Positions 50,613 through 62,100 of a DNA stretch of 64,000 nucleotides are shown here, piece after piece. How positions within the stretch are numbered: position 1 is the stretch's first letter; each line of letters begins with the position of its first letter. The stretch comes from Azolla caroliniana (lineage: Eukaryota; Plantae; Polypodiophyta), in assembly GCA_043228905.1 (NCBI GenBank), contig JBHGNT010000051.1:1-64000 (forward strand), written 5' to 3'. Below the pieces are notes generated by a model. That model did not search any database and was not told the DNA's origin. It worked only from the letters and a program-made list of their open reading frames with translations. Made by a program: the position numbers and the translations under genes.

Positions 50613-50771
50613 ATCCTTTGGTAATACAAGTTTTTTTTTTAATTTTATGTTTCGTTTCTCCTTAATAGTGTAATTAAGTTTTCTGTAATCTTAATTAAGC
50701 CACACTATATCTCTCTCAATCCCTTTCTTCTCTACTCCCGCACGCCTAGTATAACCCCATAAAACCCTAAA

Positions 50772-52274
50772 AGCAACATAAGAAGGGCTTCATCACAGGA
50801 GAACTAAAAAGATATGCAATTCGAGAAAGCTCTGAAAACGGTTTCATGGAAATGCGGAAAAAATTCTATGACCGACTACGGGCTCAGGGCTACCCTTCGA
50901 AATTCCTACTCAAATGCTTCTCAACTGTCTCGTACTCCCTACGACCCCAACTCCTCCCCACCCAAACCAACAACAAAAAACCCCCTCCCATAGTGTTAAA
51001 ACTTCGCTACTCCCCGCACATAAAAAAAACTTCACATTGGTGCGCTAATGAGAAGCCGCCTACAAACCCTTCTACAACAACCACAGTATACATCTCTCTC
51101 ACCACCCCTTGTATGGTGGCTAAATGGCACAAAGTTAAGAAGTCATTTAGTCAAATCATCCTTTCCCCCTACCTAAAAGTTTTCTCCTTTTTTGTATCCC
51201 TTCTCTTGTACACCCCACACTTATCCCACATACATAGGAATCTTCCCCCACTCCCTATAAAATGAGCAACCTAGTAGGCTTAGTTTCATCACTTGTAACT
51301 CGGGCACTAAAGAGCCTCCTTCGAGGCAAAATGCATTTGCCGTTTTAATACAAGTAAAACTCTTCCTCTCTACGGTTGCTCATTGTCTTACGTTTTTTCA
51401 TATTTAGATTTTGTCTAATATTTTGTTTAGCTCATTTTGATTAATCAATCTCTTTTGTCTAATCTTTTGGTTAAGTTCTTTTTATTTTAGTTTTGTCTAA
51501 TATTTTGTTTAAACTCATATGATTAAGCAATCTTTTTTGTCTAATCTTTTGTTTAAAATTTTTTGATTAAGTATTTGTCCTTTAGTCTAAACCTTTGTTT
51601 AAGTACTTGTTTAACTAATCTCCATTTACTTAAACATTCACTTAAGTTTTTAATCCCTTTATGCTTTCATTTAAACAATCTTCTTAATGCTCTCCTAACA
51701 CCTTCTCCTTATGCACTTGTTTACGTGTTTACCTTAATCCCCTTTCCTCTCTTTGTTTAAATGTGTAAGTAATCTTCTTTTTAGTTCTAACTCTCTTTTG
51801 TCTTAGATCTAAATCTCGCTTGTGTCAAGTCCCCTCAAACTTTGTTTTCTAAATAATTTTTAGTTCTAACTCTCTTTTGTCTTAAGTCTAAATCTCTCTT
51901 GTCTCAAGTCCCCTCAAACTTTGTTTGCTAAATAATTTGTGGTTTATAAGTTCGATCTCTCTCACTCTTTGTTTTACTAATAATTTCTCATCTTGCTAAT
52001 ATCCTTCTTCTACTTGTACACCCCATCTCTCTCCCCCCTCCTTCCTCCTTTCTCCTTCACATACCCCTCCCCCCTTTCCCCCATCAACATCTCCCTCACA
52101 TACCCCTCCCCCCTTCCCCCATCAACATCATCTCTCCCTTACATAACCCCTTCCCCCATCACCATCCCCCACCTAAAACTTTAAGTTTAGATACGCAAAA
52201 TATCTAAACTTCAGCCAACCACAAACAAACCCGATGAAGTGCCGCACGCTTTAAGCCACTATAGAAACCCTAAA
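50772..52274 (+). mobile_element. Penelope-like element family 2: 3' fragment (RT thumb and 3' region); right boundary uncertain
   Basis: The frame KQHKKGFITGELKRYAIRES…RLRAQGYPSKFL starts right after AAACCCTAAA. It is followed by TATA at 51256-51262, a degenerate hammerhead and an AT-rich tail with 79-bp direct repeats (~51780-51938). The next telomeric seeds are at 52265 and 52739. Confidence 0.75.
51291..51355 (+). ncRNA. Degenerate hammerhead ribozyme in the PLE-2 3' hairpin
   Basis: ggca-CTAAAGA-gcctc(cttc)gaggc-AAAA-tgca-tt-tgcc, with outer stem acttgta/tacaagt. It differs from consensus (CTGAAGA…GAAAcgcgtT) only by G>A and C>T changes. Confidence 0.72.
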
Positions 52275-52738
52275 ACACCTTTGTTGTAGCGTCTTGCCAC
52301 TCATCACCCCTCACCCCTCATCCCCATTCACTCACTTGACTTTCCTACACTTAGCTTCTCCCAAACCTTGCTTATCAATAATTTTACTTTTGTCTCTAGA
52401 TCTTTGTCCATTACTAATTTTTTGCCTCTAAAAAGACTTTTTGGTTTACCAATTTTTTATTTTAAGTGGAACATACCCAAATCTCACCCCTAAATATCTC
52501 ACTCAAAGCTCCTTTAAAATTGTGCATATCAACAACTTTTGCTACTATCTTTTCATGTCTAAAACATTGTGTTAATAATTCTTGTCTCTAAATAATTTTT
52601 TAAATACCCTTGTTACTTTAGTTTGAGTACACCCCAATCTCATCCCTAACTTGCATCCCTCTCATTTCCCCTCACATACCCCCCCTCTAGCCATAGCACA
52701 TTACAAACCTTAAGCACCCTCCACCATAACCTTCTCTC

Positions 52739-54115
52739 AAACCCTAAACCCTAAAAACACACCCTCCCCTACACATACCCCCCTCTCTAACTATAATAAC
52801 CACACTCCTCATCTCTCGTCCACTACACACCCACTCACACCTTTCGTCTCTTGCTCTCCTCGAGCTTTTTTCAGCACAACATACCACTTAAATGGCAACG
52901 AAAGGTCCCAAGATAAAGACAACCCAATGTCGCACAACGACCACCCCACCGACTACCACCGCACCAAAACCCAACTTCGAAAGGCTCCTTGAACCCACGA
53001 AGACCACCACCAACATCAACGCACTCGCTTTCGACCCGCCAGCAACAACCACTACTACCGCACTCTCTACCCACCCGGAAACAAGCACCCTCGCCACTAG
53101 TGTGCGCGTTTTCGATCCGCCAACAACCTCAAACAGGGACGCCTTCTCTCAACCCTCTCTTACATGTCAAATAATTAATAATAAAGTTCCAATACATCTA
53201 TATGATCTATGTGTCGAAGATGAGGACTCCACACACACCACGACCCCCCTAAACCCTAAACCTAAAACCCCCACCATACCTACTAAAAACGCCTCCCATA
53301 ACGTAATACCACCCAACAACCCTAGTAATAGCAAACGTAATCGCGACCTCTCTACACTCCTAGCAAATCTAGAAGACTTAAGAATGGAAGGGTCCCTCGA
53401 ATTCACAACCACGCTCCCCCTCGCTGGCAAACTAGCTCTCTACCACAAACTATTTGAGGTCTTCGGTTCCCCCCCCCCTTAGAACTCAGACATAAAGACC
53501 CGGCTTCCATCCCCTTGACAAACAACCAAAGCCCTCTACTATCTAGTAGTCATCACGCCCACGCAAATATGTGCACACAAGACAAGGGCAAGGGTAAAGC
53601 AACAACACTAAACCCAAGCCCCGAACCACTAAACCCCTTAGAAAACCTACCCATTCCCACCCACATTGACACTATTTGTCAAGGAACCCTTCTAGAATAT
53701 AAGGAGTTACATCCAGGGTTTAGGGTTTAGGGTTTCAAACCTTCCCCTCATCTCGTATATTTCACTAGATACATCGATGACACTTTCGGTATCTGGACCG
53801 GATCCGAATCCCAACTAACCACCTATTTAAACTTCTATGGTATAACCACCAACAACTCTCTCAAGCTGACCACCCAAACTTCTTACACACAGCTACCCTT
53901 TTTAGATATCTGGGTAAATTTAGAAAAATTCCACTTTCTCTTTCAATTGCTTCCAAAAACTATTGAACACTTATCAATATATCCCTTTTTCTTCCACCCA
54001 CCCAACCCATGTCAAAAAAAGTTTCACCTCTAAGGAGCTTAAACGATATATGGTTCGGGAAAGTACAACTCTAGGATATCAATCTATACAACATAGTTTC
54101 TTTTCTAGACTTAGT
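52739..54115 (+). mobile_element. PLE family 3, copy a: ORF1 start fused to RT C-terminal half, 3'-truncated by satellite
   Basis: ORF 52892-53482/53676, then a cassette with (TTTAGGG)3 at 53677-53735, then RT LVYFTRYIDDTFGIWTG…LPFLDI…YIPFSSTHP. Confidence 0.8.
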
Positions 54116-54120
54116 TCCAT

Positions 54121-55105
54121 TTAAGGCAAGACAAATGAAGGAAAATGTAAAGATTTGGTAGAAGTCAAGCAGGGGCAAACAAGAGCCACCACATGAATAA
54201 AAAAAGTCATGGCGTCCTCATATGATATCGGATTTCAGAGTTCATATAGTTGAATCGAAGCCAACGACGTAGTCTATGATATGATCTAATAAAATCTAAC
54301 TTTTGAAAAGCCAAGAGACATGAAGGAAAATGTAAAGTTGTGGTAGAAGTCAAGCAAGAGCCAACAAGAGCCATCACATCAATCAAAAAGATCAGGGCGT
54401 CCTCATATGATATCGGACTTCGGAGTTCAAATAGTTGAATCGAAGGCAATGACGTAGGCTATAATATGTGCTAATAAAATATAACTTTTGAATTTGAAAA
54501 CGAAAGACATAAAGGAAAATGTAAAGTTGTTGTAGAAGTCATGTAGAGACAAACAAGAGCCACCACATGAATAAAAAAGGTCATGGCGTCCTCATATGAT
54601 ATCGTCTATCCAAGTTCCAATAGTTAAATCGAAGCCAACGACGTAGGGTATGATATGAGTATTAGAATCTAAGTTTTCAAAATCAAGCCAAGAGACATTA
54701 AGGAAAATGTAAAGTTGTGGTAGAAGTCAAGCAGGGGCAAACAGGAGCCTTCACATGAATAGAAAAGTTCATGACGTCCTCATATGATATCGGATTTCAC
54801 AGTTCAAATCGTTCAATGGAATCTAACGACCTAGGCTATGATATGTGCTAATAAAATCTAAGTTTTGAATTTAAAGAAGAGAGACCTAAAGGAAAATGTA
54901 AAGTTGTGTTAGAAGTTATGTAGAGACAAACAAGAGCCACCACATGAATCAAAAGGGTCATGGTGTTCTCATATGATATCAGATTTTGAAAGTTCAATTA
55001 GTTGAATCGAAGCCAACGACACAGGCTATGATATGTGCTAATAAAATCTATCTTTTGAATTTGAAGCCGAAAGACATGAAGGAAAATGTAAAGTTGCGGT
55101 AGACG
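54121..55105 (-). repeat. ~189-bp satellite, reverse orientation (~5 monomers)
   Basis: Reverse-complemented monomer motifs (gaaggaaaatgtaaagttgtggtagaagtc). Confidence 0.93.
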
Positions 55106-55294
55106 TCAATCTTTAGCTAGTTTCATCCATCTGACCAAAAGGTCCTTTCTTCGGTGAACCATTCGGTCTTCCCAGTCACGTCCTACAGATCCTCGCCTCG
55201 CCGATGCTTGCCACTCCGAATACGCACGATCTGTAACACTTCTCATATCTAAACTAGCTAACCTTTTTTTTAGCATCCCCCAGTAGCTACTACC

Positions 55295-57160
55295 CACTAC
55301 TACCGCACTCTCTGCCCACCCGGAAACAAGCACCCTCGCCACTGGTGCGCGCGTTTTCGATCCGCCAACAATCTCAAACAGGGACGCCTTCTCTCAACCC
55401 TCTCTTACATGTCAAATAATTAATAATAAAGTTCCAATACATCTATATAATCTATGTGTCAAAGATGAGGACTCCACACACACCACGGCCCCCCTAAACC
55501 CTAAACCTAAAACCCCCGCCATACCTACTAAAAACGCCTCCCATAACGTAATACCACCCAACAACCCTAGTAATAGCAAATGTAATCGCGACCTCTCTAC
55601 ACTCCTAGAAAATCTAGAAGACTTAAGAATGGAAGGGTCCCTCGAATTCACAGCCACGCTCCCCCTTGCTGGCAAACTAGCTCTCTACCACAAACTATTT
55701 GAGGTCTTTGGCTCCCCGCCCCTTAGAACTCAGATATAAAGACCCGGCTTCCATCCCTTTGACAACCAACCAAAGCCCTCCACTATCTAGTAGTCATCAC
55801 GCCCATGCAAATATGTGCACACAAGACAAGGGCAAGGGTAAAGCAACAACACTAAACCCAAGCCCCGAACCACTAAACCCCTTAGAAAACCTACCCATTC
55901 CCGCCCACTCTGACACTATTTGTCAAGGAACCCTTCTAGAATATAAGGAGTTACTTTCAGGGTTTAGGGTTTAGGGTTCCAAACCTTCCCCTCATCTCGT
56001 ATATTTCCCTAGATACATCGATGACGCTTTCGGTATCTGGACAAGATCCGAATCCCAACTAACCACCTATTTAACCCTCTATAGTATAACCACCAACAAC
56101 TCTCTCAAGCTGACCATCCAAACTTCTTACACACAACTACCCTTTTTAGATATCTGGGTAAATTTAGAAAATTCCACCTTCACTTTGAATTGCTTCCAAA
56201 AACTACTGAACACTTATCAATATATCCCTTTTTCTTCCACCCACCCAACCCATGTCAAAAAAAGCTTCATCTCGAATGAGCTTAAACGATATATGGTTCG
56301 GGAGAGTACAACTCTAGGATATCAATCTATGCAACATAATTTCTTTTCTAGACTTAGAGCCCAAGGATATCCCTCTAATTTTATATTGAAATTTTTTAAA
56401 CAAAACCCATATCACCTTCAGACCTCCCCTCCTCACACATACTACAACGAGGGAACACTCTACGCCCATTATCTTTTAACTCCAGTACACTCCCGACACC
56501 CCGGAACTGAAAATCAACGATATCCTTACTAAGCTTCATATAGATACACAATTAGATCAAGAACTCCAACATATCCCCAAACCAATTATTTGTTGGACGA
56601 AACCCAAAAAACTCCACTCACTCCTTGTGAAACCAAAAAATATTACCACTCTTTCCATCTCGGCATAAATACCCCTCACATATATTTTCTCCTTCCTTCT
56701 CTTCCATTTTCTCTCTCTCTCTCTCTGTCTCTCTCTCTATTACATATCGTTACTACCTAAAACACTATAGGCTACTATTCCACCTTTTCCTTTCTCTCTC
56801 CTTTCTCTCTCCTTTCTCTCTCCTCTCTCTAACTTTCCCTTCCTCCCTCTCCTCTCTCTATCTTTTTTCACCTATATCTATTTCTCACGTAACACAAAGC
56901 CATTCTTCCCTCCCTCCTCCCTCTCTCTACCCTCCCCTCTCTCTACCTCCTGTCACTCTCCTCTTCTCACTCTTCTCACTCCTCTCTCTCCTCTCTCCTC
57001 CCATTCCCCCCTGTAATTTCCTTTCCTCGTAACCCTTACCTAAAATCTCTTTATTTCACACACTTTATCTTTTATCACATACACTTTATTTTCCCACTTA
57101 TCACACACCTTTTATTTCTTCACTTATCACACTCAATCATACCTCCCTCCTTATCACACT
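55295..57160 (+). mobile_element. PLE family 3, copy c: duplicate of copy a with complete RT C-terminus and CT-rich 3' UTR
   Basis: 55295-56355 parallels 53050-54115. RT ends KPIICWTKPK… with TAA at ~56668. No endonuclease. Confidence 0.82.
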
Positions 57161-59150
57161 AAACAACACCCTAAACAAAACCTATACGCTAAATCTAACC
57201 CCAAACCCATACCCAATCCATACCCGGGTAGGTCCCACAAACACTTCTTTCACACGAACCATAATACTAATCAATATAAACAATGGTCGGACCGTCATAG
57301 TCATCATCACCATCATCAATTACAAGATCCACAATCAAATTACCATCAACAAAACCACACTCCTTATCATCATCATCTAAAATCACAAGCTCCACCATCA
57401 TACCACCACCACCAACAACACCACCACCAACAGCCACTGAAACATTTTCAACCGCCATACTGTCATCAAACACAAGTACATCAACAGCGACCGGACCAAC
57501 ACCATCTACATGTTCAACATCATCCGTAGCCACTAACCTTTCACCATTGCCAACCATCAAGCCTTCCTCAGCAACAGGCACCCATTCAACGCGCCTATTC
57601 CTATAACATAACAACCAATGAACCCATTCAACTTAACCCAATTAACAATAGACATAATATACATGAGCCTATTGTTAAACTCATCAATGTACCGATGCCT
57701 CCACCGCCTCCCCAGGAACCAATCTTTTCTGACCAATGTAAATCCCATGTAATACCCCCGCCGGAAATGAGGACCATGGACATACCATGGACCGCCACAC
57801 ATCCATTGTCGACGCCGCAGCCACCACAACACCGCACAGATGAGGTTCTCAGTGAAGGGTGCCATAATAGTCACCGACCCACTCAAATCTCTCAACTTTT
57901 TGAACAACCGCTGCTCGAGCCGCACTGGATACGAAGCCGCCGGTACCACTTCCTCCGTCGCACCAATCCCATACCCGTGTCGGAACTGCGTGGGGCAGTA
58001 ATCAAGGGTATGGACCGCCTTCAAATCCTTCCCCCAACCCTCCTATTACACCCACGTCGTCCCACCTCCGCCCCTTCCCTTCCCAAGGAGCAGAAGACAT
58101 ACCGCCTCAACCGCTTAATCCTCTCCAAGAAAGCACTATCCCCATGCTTAGAACCATCCCCATAGGAAGCTTCCTCCCCATACAAGAGCGTATTGAGATC
58201 CATGCACATCCCTACCCAAACCCACACAGTCACTCTCTGTTCCCTCACACACACAATCACTCTCTATTCCCTTACACATAGTTACCCCTCGCTCCCTTCC
58301 TACTCTCACCCAAACTCACACTCACACATAAACCCCTCTAATTCTAACTCACACACATACCCTTTTATTTATACACATACCCCTAATAATATCCTTCCCC
58401 CCACCAATTCCCACCTACATCCACACAACTACATGTCACACACTTAGTCCAAACCCCTTTTCTTCTTTTTTCTTCCCTCCCCCCCCACACTTCCCGTAAA
58501 TACTATAAACCCCCTCCTTTAAACCATAAGCCTTTCAATAATAAAACCCCTCACTATCCCTCAATTAAACCCCCTAAACCCACCCTTAAACCTAATCCTA
58601 CCTATCCCCCCTTCAATCCTACTAGAAACAACCCCTCTCCTTATAATCTCATTGACCCACACCCAAAAAACATGTAACGCGGCATGCGAATCATACGAAT
58701 AGACGATTCTGACACGCTGTGCACCCTACTAAATGTCTAGTTTATCTACTTAATAGACCCACACACGCCACCAATGCACGTGTATGGTTAGGAAAATCTC
58801 TCTTGTCGAATCCCTTTCCACCCCAAACCCAAACACGTACACAAAAAACGTCATAGATTTAAATTTTGGAAACCTCTTTCATCTATCCCTACTTCAAACC
58901 CCAACACCAAACCCATACTAGAAAGTAAAATCGACAAATTGTCCTCCTATACCCTTAGTAAGTTCGAAGTTAAACTTCTTAACTCAGGACTCAAGTACAT
59001 AACGCCGTGTGCACCCCAGTCCACCCAAGTCATCCTCCAAGAATATCAACACCTTAGTAGGTCTCTTAGACTCAAACATGTCTTTAAAAATAATGACTCA
59101 CCCATAGATAATCCCTTTAGATTTCCAAACCCAAGTTGGAACCCACCCAC
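57161..59150 (+). mobile_element. PLE family 3, copy d: middle of ORF1 to RT N-terminus
   Basis: Reverse-complement homolog of ~60990-62980. It ends in the PLE RT N-terminal motif LSSYTLSKFEVKLLNSGLKYI…SRSLRLKHVF. Confidence 0.8.
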
Positions 59151-59164
59151 GAAATACCCACCAC

Positions 59165-62100
59165 GAAGGAGAGTAGGAAAGGAGACATGGGTGGTTGGTT
59201 TCTAGAGTGACGTGTGGGTGCTAATTATGAGATAGGCGGTTGGTGATATGTGGTTTGGAATGGAATAAATGTTTGTGATAAGGGGACATGACTGAGTGTG
59301 ATAAGGAGGGAGGTATGATTGAGTGTGATATGTGAAGAAATAAAAGGTGTGTGATAAGTGGGGAAATAAAGTGTATGTGATAAAAGATAAAGTGTGTGAA
59401 ATAAAGAGATTTTAGGTGAGGGTACGAGGAAAGGAAATTATAGGGGGGAGTGGGCGGAGATAGGAGAGAGAGGAGTGAGAAGAGGAGAGTGATAGGATAT
59501 AAAATGGTAGAGAGAGGAGAGGGTAGAGAGAGGGAGGAGGGGGTAGAGAGAGAGGAGGGAGGGAAGAGTGTTCTTGTGTTACCTGAGAAATAGAAATTAT
59601 AGGGAGGGGGGAGATGAAAAAAGCTAGAGAGAGGAGAGGGAGGAAAGGAAAGTTAGAGAGAGGAGGGAGGGAAGAGTAGCCTTATGTTACGTGAGAAATA
59701 GAAATTGGAAGGCAGAGGAGGAAAAAGGTAGAGAGAGGAGAGGGAGAAAGGGAAAGTTAGAGAGAGGAGGAAGGGAGGGAGGGAAAGGTGGAAAGAGTAG
59801 CCTATGGTGTTTTAGGTAGTGAGGAAATGTAAGAGAGAGAGAGAGAGAGAGCTAGAAAATAGAAGAGAAGGAAGGAGAAAATATATGTGACGGGTATTTA
59901 CGACGAGATGGAAAGGGTGGTAATATTTTTCGGTTTCACAAGGAGTGAGTGGAGGTTTTTGGGTTTCGTCCAACAAATAATTGGTTTGGGGATATGTTGG
60001 AGTTCTTGATCTAATTGTGAATCTATGTGAAGCTTAGAAAGGATATCATTGATTTTCAATTTTGGGGTGTCGGGAGCGTACTTGAGTTTAAAGATAATGG
60101 GTGTAGAGTGTTCTCTCGTTGTAGTATGTGTGAGGAGGGAAGGTCTATGGTGATATGGGTTTTGTTTAAAAAATTTCAATATAAAATTAGAGGGATATCC
60201 TTGGGCTCTAAGTCTAGAAAAGAAACTATGTTGCATAGATTGATATCCTAGAGTTGTACTCTCCCGAACCATATATCGTTTAAGCTCATTAGAGATGAAG
60301 CTTTTTTTGACATGGGTTGGGTGGGTGGAAGAAAAAGGGATATATTGATAAGTGTTCAGTAGTTTTTGGAAGAAATTGAAAGAGAAGGTGGAATTTTCTA
60401 AATTTACCCAGATATCTAAAAAGGGTAGTTGTGTGTAAGAAGTTTGGGTGGTCAGCTTGAGAGGGTTGTTGGTGGTTATACTATAGAAGTTTAAATAGGT
60501 GGTTAGTTGGGATTCGGATCCTGTCCAGATATCGAAAGCGTCATCGATGTATCTAGTGAAATATACGAGATGAGGGGAAGGTTTGAAACCCTAAAAGTAA
60601 CTACTTATATTCGAGAAGGGATCCTTGACAAATAGGTCTGTAGCTAATTGGGTTTTTATGGACTTTAGGGAGGAAGTACATTTGGGGGACTAGGTATCCT
60701 TTTGGTGGTTGAAGTAAGATAAACTTGGCCTCTTGGGGTGATAGGATGTTGTGGTTTTTATTACCTAAGTGGCGTAGTCTATGGAGGAGTTCTTCCAAAG
60801 GAAAGGTATTTACTACCTTATACGTGGAAGGATTAGAAAGGTGTTCTTGGCCTTTTTCGAGGTAGTTTTTATGTCGAGGACACATACCCCGTTGTTTTTA
60901 TCGGTGGGTAGAATGGTTATTAGTTTATTTTTTAGGAGGCTTTTGAGTCCTATTTGTAAGTGCTTGGGGATTTTACATTTTGGTAGTGAGGTGGGTGGGT
61001 TCCAAGTTGGGTTTGGTAGTCTAAAGGGATTATTTAGGGGTGAGTCATTAGTTTTGAAGAAATGTTTGGGTCTAAGAGACCTACTAAGGTGTTGATATTC
61101 TAGGAGGATGACTTGGGCGGACTGGGGTGCACACGACGTTATGTATTTGAGTCCTGAGTTAAGAAGTTTAACTTCGGACTTACTAAGGGTATAGGAGGAC
61201 AAGTTGTGAATTTTACTTTCTAGTGTGGGGTTTGGGTTTGGGTTGGAAGTAGGGATACATGAAAGAGGTTTCCAAAATTTAAATCTATGACATTTTTTGT
61301 GTACGTGTTTGGGTTTGGGGTGGAAAGGGATTCGACAAGAGAGATTTCCTAACCATACACATGCATTGGTGGTATGTGTGGGTCTATTAAGTAGGTAAAC
61401 TAGAAGTTTAGTAGGGTACACGGTGTGTCGGAATCGTCTATTCGTACGATTCGCACGCCGCGTTGCACGTTTTTTGGGCGTGGATCAATGGGATAATAAG
61501 GAGAGGGGTTGTTTCTATTAGGATTGAAGGGGGGATTGGTAGGATTAGGTTTAAGGGTCAGTTTAGGGGGTTGGATTGAGGGATTGGGGGGGTTTTTATT
61601 ATTGGAAAGCTTATGGTTTATAGGAGGGGGTTTATAGTGTTTACGGGAACTGTGGGGGGGGGGAAGAAAAAAGAAGAAAAGGGGTTTGGACAAGTGTGTG
61701 ACATGTAGTTGTGTGGGTGTAGGTGGGAAGTGGTGGGGGGAAGGGTATTATTAGGGGTATGTGTATAAAAAAAAGGGTATGTGTGTGAGTAAGAATTAGA
61801 GGGGTTTATGTGTGAGTGTGAGTTTGGGTGAGAGTAGGAAGGGAGCGAGGGGTAACTATGTGTAAGGGAATAGAGAGTGATTGTGTGTGTGAGGGAACAG
61901 AGAGTGACTGTGTGGGTTTGGGTAGGGATGTGCATGGATCTCAATACGCTCATGTATGGGGAGGAAGCTTCCTATGGGCATGGTTCTAAGCATGGGGATA
62001 GTGCTTTCTTGGAGAGGATTAAGTGGTTGAGGCGGTATGTCTTCTGCTCCTTGGGAAGGGAAGGGGTGGAGGTGGGACAACGTGGGTGTAATAGGAGGGT

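Larger units (their letters stand above)
49244..50771 (+). mobile_element. Penelope-like element family 1: 5'-truncated RT without endonuclease, 3' region with hammerhead
   Basis: RT motifs FTFDVESLY, QLKGIAMGSNFA, YKRYIDD and VDFLDI, plus the PLE thumb region YLPHSSWHPQHQKKAFIIGELRRY…ARGYP. It ends at ~50230-50290 with no GIY-YIG domain. It is bounded by TAAACCCT (49236-49243) and AAACCCTAAA (50762-50771). Confidence 0.88.

Noticed and set aside
52225-52275. ccgatgaag…gaaac as a third hammerhead
   Set aside because: The core is mismatched and there are no convincing stems I-III.
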